The translations under genes were made by a program, and so were the position numbers. A DNA stretch of 64,000 bases, from the NCBI RefSeq assembly GCF_032062105.1, contig NW_026938421.1, positions 310,001-374,000 on the forward strand, in the 5' to 3' direction. The notes under the pieces were generated by a model. That model saw nothing but the letters and a program-made list of their open reading frames with translations. It ran no database searches and had not been told where the DNA came from. Shown here one piece after another: positions 51,901-61,300 of the stretch. Source of the DNA: Saccostrea cucullata. Taxonomy: Eukaryota. Numbering within the stretch: position 1 is the stretch's first letter; every line of letters begins with the position of its first letter.

Positions 51901-52070
51901 TCTTCGTGTAGTGCAGAACCGATTTATTCAAATGGTGACCCCTGGGGGTAGGGTAGGTGATATTAGGGGGATGGAAACTTTAGATTGGAGTATAATTACT
52001 GAAGGTTATGATTTTTTTGTTGCAGGAAGAAGATGAAGAGGTAGTGATCAATAAACCAGAGGATGAGTGA
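34977..52070 (+). CDS. PHF14: PHD finger protein 14, complete, 23 coding exons
   Basis: Exons 34977-35037, 36086-36205, 37357-37568 (acidic tract), 37766-37848, 39878-39933, 40065-40165, 41976-42031, 42904-43015, 43121-43215, 43720-43768, 43860-44000, 44427-44502, 44736-44830, 45383-45473, 45669-45775, 49047-49142, 49384-49478, 49615-49746, 50019-50163, 50673-50759, 50900-51018, 51340-51457, 52026-52070. KRRVKP...DDSDDSDF N-terminus, PZP module (CCVCLGD...CDNCGASVHEGCYG...CELCPN...WVHLVCALY), coiled coil and two further PHD fingers. Confidence 0.95.
36288..37078. mobile_element. CAGGG...CCCTG MITE with 5-bp TSD
   Basis: CAGGGTTCGAAGTTA versus TAATTTCGATCCCTG; TSD GTTTA on both sides. Confidence 0.8.
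37910..39367. mobile_element. PIF/Harbinger-like MITE inserted into a HINE 5' end (HINE ~37868-39660)
   Basis: GGCCATTCCAAGTTTTTTCT versus AGAAAAAACTTGGAATGGCC; TCA TSD. Removing it restores ...TTTTCTGATCACCTGTTGTC. Confidence 0.85.
38029..39105. mobile_element. Foldback/MULE-like element with GACAACTCGCCCC subterminal repeats
   Basis: Arrays of GACAACTCGCC at the left end and inverted copies at the right end; ~8-bp duplicated GAAATTTT flanks. Confidence 0.75.
39731..39872 (+). repeat. Degenerate tandem repeat (~43-bp unit) just upstream of a PHF14 acceptor
   Basis: Repeated TTGTGGATAAAATAGATTTGGATACA and CAATTGTTGTGTAT. Confidence 0.7.
40357..41949. mobile_element. Mariner-like MITE (outer element)
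   Basis: AGAGGTGTTAAGAAAGTTCGTTCC versus GGAACAAACTTTCTTAACACCCTT; TA flanks. Confidence 0.7.
40770..41730 (+). mobile_element. Decayed, internally deleted mariner element nested in the MITE above
   Basis: TIR CGAGGGGTGATCAAAAAGTTCGCGAACTA, TA TSD. Residual transposase-like peptides (IDRFSEGRLMVKHD ~41103; WQMCIKIGED ~41611). Confidence 0.8.
42074..42827. mobile_element. hAT-family MITE
   Basis: TAGGGGTGGGAC/GTCCCACTCCTA TIRs, 8-bp TSD ATATTTTT, subterminal CGATAC repeats. Confidence 0.85.
45247..45382 (+). repeat. 57-bp tandem duplication triplicating a PHF14 3' splice site
   Basis: Unit starts at 45247, 45304 and 45361; each contains ATTCCAG. Confidence 0.92.
45889..46903 (+). mobile_element. 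HINE with a central 156-bp satellite array (~5.6 near-identical units)
   Basis: subTIR AGCTCTACTGGT (45891) / ACCAGTAGAGCT (46867), GTCC/GTCT microsatellite, units at 45985, 46141, 46297, 46453, 46609, 46765, 3' hairpin AGTCTC-GACA-GAGACT. Confidence 0.92.
47163..48919 (-). mobile_element. Tc1-family transposon (DD34E transposase, disrupted)
   Basis: ~40-bp TIR CAGTAGGGGGACAAAAGTGTTGAGAAAAAAATGGCGTCAC, TA TSD. HTH, GRPR, SDES, QDDNAPVH and SPDLNIIENVW with 34 residues between D and E. Confidence 0.95.
47736..48127 (+). mobile_element. 5'-truncated CR1-group LINE 3' end inserted into the Tc1 transposase
   Basis: Decayed C-terminal peptide QIQTTKNVYKYFFFPLTIV*WNRLPGSVVSLPDVEHFK, then a 3' UTR and GATAAGTAGA tail. 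Removing it restores the Tc1 peptide SIMVWGC. Confidence 0.8.
50278..50537. mobile_element. PIF/Harbinger-like MITE
   Basis: TTAATTACTTGGTTCTCAGGCC inverted at the other end; TTA flanks; internal ATGAGGGAGG repeats. Confidence 0.7.
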
Positions 52071-53195
52071 TTGTGTGTGAACTGATGAGACTGTGAAGTT
52101 TACAGGGAGACTATCATTGTGTTGTCAGTTCAACTAGAACAAGTCATTAAAGGTTGTGTTCAAAGAGCATTCAATCGGTCAGGCTGTTTCTCTGTAACAA
52201 TAAAATTGTATGAAAAGAATTGTGAGAAATTTAATGCAGGACATGTTTTTCTTCAATTTGTTATTACAGTTAATCATTGTTTGGACTCTTGAGATCATAA
52301 ATAGGGCATTTACTGAAATTAAGGTTTTTTTTTTTTTAAAGAAACAGATACTTATTAAAATGTAGATTTTTCATTTAAGTTTTTGTTTCCCAGTGAGATA
52401 GAAACAATATTAAGCAGGTTTTTTTCCCCACACATGCTTATTCTGGAACTTATATGTAAAAATCAAATTCATTAAAACTTACAAATAATTTTTTTTTCTA
52501 GATTTCTTTTCAATATATTTAATATGAAAGGTAGATTTAAAAAAATGAAAGCATTGTATGTGTACCCCTTGTATATGAACATTTTGTATGTTGAGAAATA
52601 AATTGCAGATACTCTAAATTTACAAAATTTATTTCTTTTGTTACATTTATACAAATTAAATAATGAGTATCCCTGAATATCCCTTGTTTATAAATTCAGC
52701 AGTGATACTGTGTCAGATGATTAATATTAAAATTATATACAAGTATGCCCGGTAATAATAAAAACTTTATATACAGATATGCTTCTTTTCCTCCAGTGAT
52801 CTGATGTAAACATGTAAAAAAAAAATATACATAACCATGGCAATGAGATTTTTAAAAGTAAATTAGTCTTTGGAGAATGAATCCAATCAAAAATACAATT
52901 TTTCCACGTTCTATATAGTGATTTGCTGAATTATGCCTATGGCTTCATACAATGAGTGTACATAAAAAAAGATGAAGCAACGGTTTGTACAATGAAGGAA
53001 TGAATGGAAAGGATATATTAAAATCATGCATATACATTATTACATGTACTTTCAGTTTGCACCTGTTTATACACTTGCTCTACATGAATATGTCATATCA
53101 AAGCAGTTTGTAGAAACGAATATAAAAAGAGTCGCTGAATATGTGATTCCTTTGTGATATATACACTAGCAGTTTTGATGTTTGTATGAAGGCAT

Positions 53196-54638
53196 TCATC
53201 CAAAGCAGATGAGGAAGGAAGTCGCGATGGATCCGAGTCCACCCACGAGACTGAAGTAGAAACTCCAGGAGAGTTCCGCTGTAGATCCCGGCATGTGTCG
53301 CGCTCGGAGGGTGTTCTTCAGGGACGCGAATATGATACAGGAAACCACGATCAAAACCCCTGTAGGAAAGAAAAGTCAACCATTGATAACAATCGGAATG
53401 ATCAACTGATTCTGTAAAATGGTGAAATATATATATTTAAATATACAGTATATAAAATGTATTAACTATCTGTGTTGTTTTCATGGGGGGTTAGACCTTG
53501 AATTTGACTGATAGACAAATGAAAGTTTCTTTGGATCATTGTGTAAGTATAAGAGGAGAGGGAGTATCTTTGAAGTCGTTGACTGCTTATTTCTACAGAT
53601 TGATACTGACCACACAGGATACAGAGGGTGACTAGGAGTCTCTTGACCCCCTTCTTCCCCTGGAGTGGAGTTCTAAACATGTAGGCCCCGATCAGGACAA
53701 CAGTTGTCAGCAGGCCCACGAATCCCATAGCCTCCATTGTCTGAATCGTACGGAACCAATCTGAAACAAGATATTCAGAAATTAATTTTACAGTTTAACA
53801 ATAGGTGTACCTTAAACTTACTTACTTATCCTCTCCATGCCCCGGAGGATGCATGAGGCTGTATGTATGTACCAAAATGATGTTACAAGTTTACTTTGAA
53901 CATTGTATTAAAAAACTCACAATTTTTAAATTTTTATGAGAGAAAAAAGTGCATCATTGGCTGTTAATTATGAGTTTAATGATTGGCCTTGGTAAAAATT
54001 AACCACTCACGGGACACCTGGAAATCCTCCCAGACAAATCCGGCACACTTGTAGTCATGGTAACCAATGGACAGGTCCGCACATTTCTCCCACAGTCCCG
54101 AGTACTCGATGATGCCATATTCCGCACTTACAGATATCACCCAGTGTGACGAGGCAAATCCTATTAAAATAGTCCTGGGAGTTTAATGGTAACCAGAGGC
54201 AATCAAGCTGTGTGTCCTGGACATTAAATCTTTTTATATGATTTTATTTACATCTTGATTGCCTTGAATTATTAATAAAAAGTATTTAAAGTGGGAAAAA
54301 AGCATGCATAATCAAACCAGAGACATATAAACAATATTTTTTTCCCTGGTTATTGAAACAGATCATATTTTATCAAAATCAAACCCTTAATTTATTGTTT
54401 CTAAGCTTCCTTTTGTGCTAGAATCAAATGAATAGTAGTTTTCTCATCTTATTAACTGTTTATTTCATTAATGTTGTTATTTGAGTATTCACTTCCGGAT
54501 TCGGATGCTATATAAATATGATGAAAAAAACAATAGAATATTCATACCTATCAGCTGAAACAAAGTTGTTACAATTAAAACTATCGTTGCAATCTTCGTC
54601 AGCAGTGAAACTTCATATTCTTCTTCTGGGCGTCCCAT
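53196..54638 (-). CDS. Claudin/PMP22/EMP/MP20-superfamily tetraspan protein, 184 aa
   Basis: Exons 54548-54638, 54011-54160, 53611-53760, 53196-53359. W-x-GLW-x-C-x-C signature (HW...YSGLWEKC...YKC), four hydrophobic segments, LSWSFY before TM4, ends ...FLICFG*. Confidence 0.88.
53816..53860 (-). mobile_element. Very short RTE 3'-tail fragment in claudin intron 2
   Basis: Nearly identical to the RTE 3' end at 56675-56712 (CTTACTTATCCTCTCC.TGCCCCGGAGGA.GCATG) with a (TAAG)n tail. Confidence 0.75.
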
Positions 54639-55349
54639 TTTAAATCAATGATCTGCCTTTGTGTTTTGTTGACGGTTTCTGCACAAGTAATCTGTCTGGT
54701 ATCAATTTACCTGTAATTTAAGGTATCACCTGGGTTGTTTGATGTCCAGTCTCCTTATATAGACAATAATAAAATTATTTACAAACGATAACACTTTTGT
54801 ATTTCCCCTAAAATGTTTTTAAAATTTGAAATATTTTGGCTACATTTTATACAGGTGCGTCATTAAGCGTCTTAACGATACCGATTACAGGTGAGAAAGT
54901 CTTGATCACCAGAGCGCTTTAGAGTTGAAAGAGAAAGGGGTGGGGGGTCTGAATTAGGTGATCACAGAAATACTAAGTAATCTTATTTTTCATAATTTTT
55001 AATCTAGAAATAATTTAAAAAAAAAAAAGAATCTTCATCAACTGCATCAACTGCACCAAGGACTCATTTAATTCTTACAAGCCTGCAAGTTTTTTTTGGA
55101 ATGTGATTATAAATAAATTGATTGTTTTATTCAGTGTTAATCAGTCAAAAATCACATTGAAAGACTTACAGCCTAAGTGTACTCAAGCATTTTGTTTTTG
55201 TGACGGCTGTATAATAATATATATAAACATATACAGAATATATACATGTATGTACCTGTGATACAATTCATATCTGTTAAATTATCGGTTAGATAAACTA
55301 TAAAGATAAGGGGAACTTTTTAAACTAAAACTAGAGATGGGGAGCGATC

Positions 55350-58300
55350 ATGGGATGTTATTTTAGTTTTCTATTTCTATTTCAGTGTGTTTTACTTGGG
55401 GGTTTCTCAACTGACAAACTTCATTTCTCAACTGACAAACTTCATTCCGTTGCTAGGCTACAAAGACAGGTATCTCTCTCTCTCTGTGGTTTTATCGATA
55501 TTGTCAGATTTATTGAGCAGGTAATCTGTAAATCAGGTAAGTCTTTTTGAATTTATATTCTAGAATTATGCATGTATCCAATGGGGACCAGATACCCCAT
55601 TTCCCCGCCTTAATGTTAAAGTGTTCAGGGTTTAATTCATACAAAACCTTGGACCCCCTTTAAGGAGTACGCATTTATTGCACTGAAAGCTTATAAAATT
55701 TGATGCTTTCCTTGTGAACATTTTACAAAACTGTTAAAAATATATTTTGTATAATAATATATTTTTTTTTCTGTCTATATAATTATATATATGTTACGGT
55801 CAAACAATTAATTTTTGAGTAGGTCTTCAATATTTTTTTTTTTCAATTTCTTGTGACCCCTAGCTGTTACTATATAGATTTTTTTAATTAATAAGCGAAT
55901 TCAAAGGACTGTGGTCCCCCGCTTTCGATGTCTTAGTAGATGAATGTCATTATTTATTGCATTTTGTGTTAAATATGAACATTCTATCATAGTTCATTCA
56001 AAAGTAATCACCAAAGTTAACTTTTTTGAAAATTAGATCAAACATGAAAGTCAAGGTCAAGGTTGAAAAAAATCATAAAATGCTCGAAAACTTCTTGTCA
56101 TAGATAATGCACATGTCAAATATGAAAGCCCTATCTCTTCTCAATCAAAAGTTACAAGGAAAAATAACATTTTTGAAAAGTAGGAAATAGGTCAAACGTC
56201 AAGGTCACAGGCTAAAAAAAAATATATGTATAGTATATTTAGAAAGGTTTTACCACAGGTAATATACATGTATAATAATATGAACGATCTATCTTTCCGC
56301 TTTAAAAAGCTGTGACCAATTTGAAGTAATGTTAAAATTGCATTGAAAAGTAGGATACACTTGAAGGCTAAGATCCCGGGGGCAAAAATCATAGTATATT
56401 TGGAAACGCCTTTGTATAGACAATATACAATTAAAATATAAAAGCCCTATCTCTTCTTATTCAAAAGTTATGACCAAGGTTAAAGTTTTTGTGACAGACA
56501 GACCGACTGACAGAAGAAAGAAATGAAATGTCCCCTCGCTTTCGCGAAAGCTTTATGTAATCAACTCATTGATCCAACACACATTGTGGGTTTCCCATAG
56601 CAAAACATGGACATTGCCATTCATTCTATTATATATAGAAGGGTACCCATGCATCTCTAATCCGCAACTCATACACTTACTTATCCTCTCCGTGCCCCGG
56701 AGGACGCATGGGGTCGTTCAAATAAGAACACCACTTACGGCGGTCACTGGCAACAACTTGCCCCTCCCTCCAAATGTTCCAGCCCAGTTCTTCCCTTTCT
56801 CTCTCAACAGAGCGTCGCCAGGTGTTCTTTGGCCGTCCTCTTCGTCTCTTTCCCTCAGGGGCCCATGTGAGAACTGTTCTAATGTGTGAGTTCTCTTCCC
56901 TTCGGAGGATGTGGCCTATCCATCCCCATCTCTTTCCTTTGATGGTCCTTGATAGAGGTATGGATCTTGCTCTTTCATACAGTTGTTGGTTAGTTATCTT
57001 TTCAGGCCAGTGTATTTTTAGGACCCTCCTAAGGCATTTTCGATGGAAACGTAATAAGTTTTTCGTCGTCTTTTTCTGTTGTTCTCCATAGTTCAGCGCA
57101 ATACAGCAACACAAACAGAACATTTGTGTTGAAGATCTTAAGTTTGGTCTTTGTGCTGTATTGTGCTGACCTCCATGCATACATTGGCAAGGGCTGCAAG
57201 GCGGTCCTGGCTCACCCTAGCCTTCTCCCAATATCTGTCTCAGTTCCTCCGGTCTTGTCCATTGTGGCACCCAGGTAGAGAAATGTTTCGACCTCTTCTA
57301 TTTCTTTATCATTTATCCTGATGGCATCCGCCTCCTTTCCATTTACTCTCATGCTTTTTGTTTTCTCAACATTAATTTTTAGGCCTGTATATTCCGCAAC
57401 ATCGTGTAATCTACTGGTCTTTTCTTGCATGTTGCTGTGTTTGCTGGAAATAAGTGCAAGGTCGTCTACATAATCCAGGTCTTTAATATTGACATAAATT
57501 TCCAACGTATGCCTCTCTTCTTATTGTTGGTATTTCTTATAATCCAGTCAACCACAATGAAGAACAGGAACCCCAACAGAACACAACCCTGTCTCACTCC
57601 TGTCTGTACTTTGAACCAGTCTGTTGTTCTTCCATTCTCTATAACACAACTAGAACTTCCATAGTATAATTTCTTGACGATGTCCACATATAAGTCAGGA
57701 ATTCCATACTGCCTTCGTATGTCCCACAGTTTCTTATTATGCTGTCAAAGGCTTTTTTTAAAGTCTATGAAACTTATGTACAGTGGTGCTTGCCACTCTA
57801 TAGATTGTTCTAAAATATTTCTCAGAATCTCTGTTCTTATGTTCCTCTTCCTCTTCGATATGCAGCTTGCTCTGGTCTTCATCTGTCCTCTAGTACATCT
57901 CTAATTCGATCATTCTTCTGCAAAGTACTTTGATGGCAAGGATAGTAGTGATATTCCTCTATAGTTGTCAGATCTCCTTTCTTAGGTATTTTGACAATGA
58001 GCGAGTTCCGCATTGATGTTACGAGGGTTGTCCAAAAAGTTCGTGGACAATGGCGTTTTTGTGAAAATAAATGGTTCTATATAAATCTGTTGTACATCAA
58101 AATATTTCTTATGAAAAAACAAGTCAGAATGATTTAATTTTTATCGATGGAACGTAATAATCTTGTAAAAATCGGTGTCTTTAAAGATTTCAGATAGTGC
58201 GCACGGACCAAAGCTAAAATGACATAAACTCTGATATAAAGTGTTCGGATTAAAATGATTATTTTCTAAATAAAACAAGTCAAAAATTGATAAAAATTTT

Positions 58301-61300
58301 ATGTAACACAAATAAAAAGGCTATAATCATTTTTTGATATCTCAATTTTCGGTTACTACATACAGAGTGGAATAAATGAACTAAAACCCTAACGAATATG
58401 TGTCAAAACTCGACAAAAAAGCGACGTCGGCCGTCGGCAAGGGGCAGCGTCCGATCCGAGATATAAGTTTTAATATAGTTGAAATGGCGTAAGAGACAAA
58501 ATATTTGTTTAAACAACTCAAACTTATTGAAATATATTAAGTGTATCGATTTGAGATTTGTATATACGGTTTTTCAACGGTGTGTACAAATTCGAAGACA
58601 CTACAAGAATTTAAAACACATGCAATTTACTGAAAAAGGAGATTTCTATTCATGACGTTGTTATAAGTCTGTGCAGTTTGTGTATACAAACTGCTTATTT
58701 AGATGATGCTCGTAAATTTTTGTGCATCGTTTTGAATTTTAAAAATTAAATAAATTATTATCTATACTTAAAAATCATTGCTAGCACTTGGAAGTGCGGT
58801 GCGCCTTAAAAAAGAAATGCAGTGTGTGTCCATGAGAATGTGTTAAGTCAAAATCCAAAATTTTGACGTTAAAATAAAGTTAGCTTAACGTCAGACTGGT
58901 CCGTGCGCACAATCTGCGATCTTTAAAGACCCCGATTTTTTTACAAAAATATTAAGCTTCATCAATTAAAATTAAATCATTCTGACTTGGTTTTCCATAG
59001 GAAATATTTTGATATACAATAGATGCATATAGAACCATTTATTTTAACAAAAACGTCATTGTCCACGAACTTTTTGGACAACCCTCGTATCTATGCCGGG
59101 ACTCTTTACATTCTTTATTTTTTGGATTGTTTTTTTTTTGACCTCTTCCTCTCTTATTGCAGCCCGGAGGACCGGGCTGCTCTATACATATAAGTTTAAG
59201 TGTTGGTGTATGGTGATTGGGGTGGGAGAAGTTATTCAGAATTAAAGGTTTTCTAAACATTGAAAATATTGTTAATCAGAATGTTCTTTCCCTTTCTAAA
59301 TTACGAGACACATAATATATTTACTTCTATAAAATGAATATGTAAAAATAAATATGTTTTACATGTTTAATATATAAAGTTGCTTATCATATACAATCGA
59401 AAAAACGACAGATCCCTTTTTTTAGAATATTGAATTTTACTTCTCGCATAAAAACGCACTCTGCGTAGTTCCTGTTTTATATTCTAAAATTGAAAATTAA
59501 TACATTTTTGAATATAGGTGATACATGTGTCTAACTTCAATTTAAATTTTATGCAGCCAACATTTACATGAGGAATTGATCAAGTTTAAAATGGTATCGT
59601 TTTTGTTTGATTTTTATCCGACTGTAAGTTTTCAAAATACTAGCGACTATCGTCGCCATCAATTAGACGCATGCCGTTTCACACATACCAAAGCGGTTTG
59701 ATGATCAAGACTCATTTCCATTGCTTACTTTATATATTTCCCGGGCGACAATTGATGGTTACATCAATGTTTACTTGTTGGTGTTGTGTCAATTTCATCA
59801 ATTCTGTTCTCTTGGATGGTGCATTCTTCAGCTAATTCTGTTGTTTCTGTTGGGACATCAAAGACCTCTTCAAAATGCTCTTTCCATCGATCTCTTCAAT
59901 ATTTTTCCATCCTCAATTATTAGTTCACCATTCTTGGACCTTATGCCGCTTGTCTTGTTTCTTTTATTCCCACAAAGCTGCTTGGTCAGTGGGTAAATTT
60001 CGCTCAGACGGTTTGTATTTGTTGCATTCTCTGTTTGGTTAGCTATATTTTCCAGATTTTTCCTTTTATCAGCTCCTGCTCTTCTTTTCACTTCCTTGTC
60101 TTCGGTCTTACATTCTTCTCTCTTGATTTCCTTTATTCTCTCTGAATTTGATCTTCCTATTTCTACCTTTAGTTTTTTTAGCCAGTCTTTGTGTTTCCTT
60201 TTCTTCTGGCCCAAGATCTTTTCTGCTGTTTCATTATATACTTTTTTAACACCAATCGGCAAATCCTCAGCTGACTCCGCTACGCTCCATTCACACCTCT
60301 GATGTGATAGGTGGAGTAATACGCATCAAGTCGATACATTTCTCCGCCGTAAACTGCCTTGTCACTCATTTCATATTTCGCTCTGCCTAAAGTTCTTCGA
60401 AAAGGTTTCTTTATTTGTGTAATTCCTCATGTTAGTTACAACGATATGTTAGTAGTCTTTGAAAGCCAGTACACAGTGTTGGGCGTGCAACAAAGTAACT
60501 CGGATTTCAAAAGTGTTACATTTGAATGAAATTCAAATACGATCACATGACTGAATCAGCAAGATGGTAGATCACTGTTGACGTCCGAGGTTAGTGTGCG
60601 AGGTACGTACGAGCCACCCGAGGAGCTCCGAGTGCTTTAACAAGGGTTCATTTTCATTGATTGTGTTTTCATCATCAGCCAGTTGCTGAAACCTATTTCT
60701 TAATTCAATTTGGAATCCTTTGCTTATTCTTGGATCTTTCAGCTTGTTGACATTGTACATCTTCCTGTTGCTTTCCTTTGGCTTTAAGTTTCTGCAGAGC
60801 TTCATCTTTACTTTAGCCAGTACTAGATGGTGATCTGAATTGGCATCTGCACCACGCATAACCTGTACGTCACATACAGATTTTCTGTATCTGCCATTCA
60901 CCATTACACGGCCAATTTGGTTCTTATCTCTTCCATTAGGTGACTCCCATGTAAGCTTGTGTATGTCAAGGTGCTTAAAGAGGGTTCCGCAGATGATTAA
61001 GTTATTAAGAACACACATTTCTGATAACCTCATGTCGTTTTCTTTCATATATAGTCCCAATGCCCTCTTGTCCTATGACTCTTTCCGATCCTTCATTCGA
61101 CTTTCCAACTTTTGCATTTGCATCACCCATTACCATCAGTATATCATGATTAGACACTTTTGCAATTTCTCTTTGTAGCTGTTCGTAGAAGGTGTCCTTA
61201 TCCGCTTCGTCTGCTTCTTTTGTTGGGCTATATAATTGTTTTATTGTTAGCTCAGCGCAGCGGGAGGAAAAATGTGCGCTGATGATTTTATCATTAACAA

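Noticed and set aside
53160-53198. Stop-codon readthrough or selenocysteine extension of the claudin-like ORF
   Set aside because: The TGA is followed by ATG rather than a CTAG readthrough context, a TAG follows within 10 codons, and no SECIS was seen.
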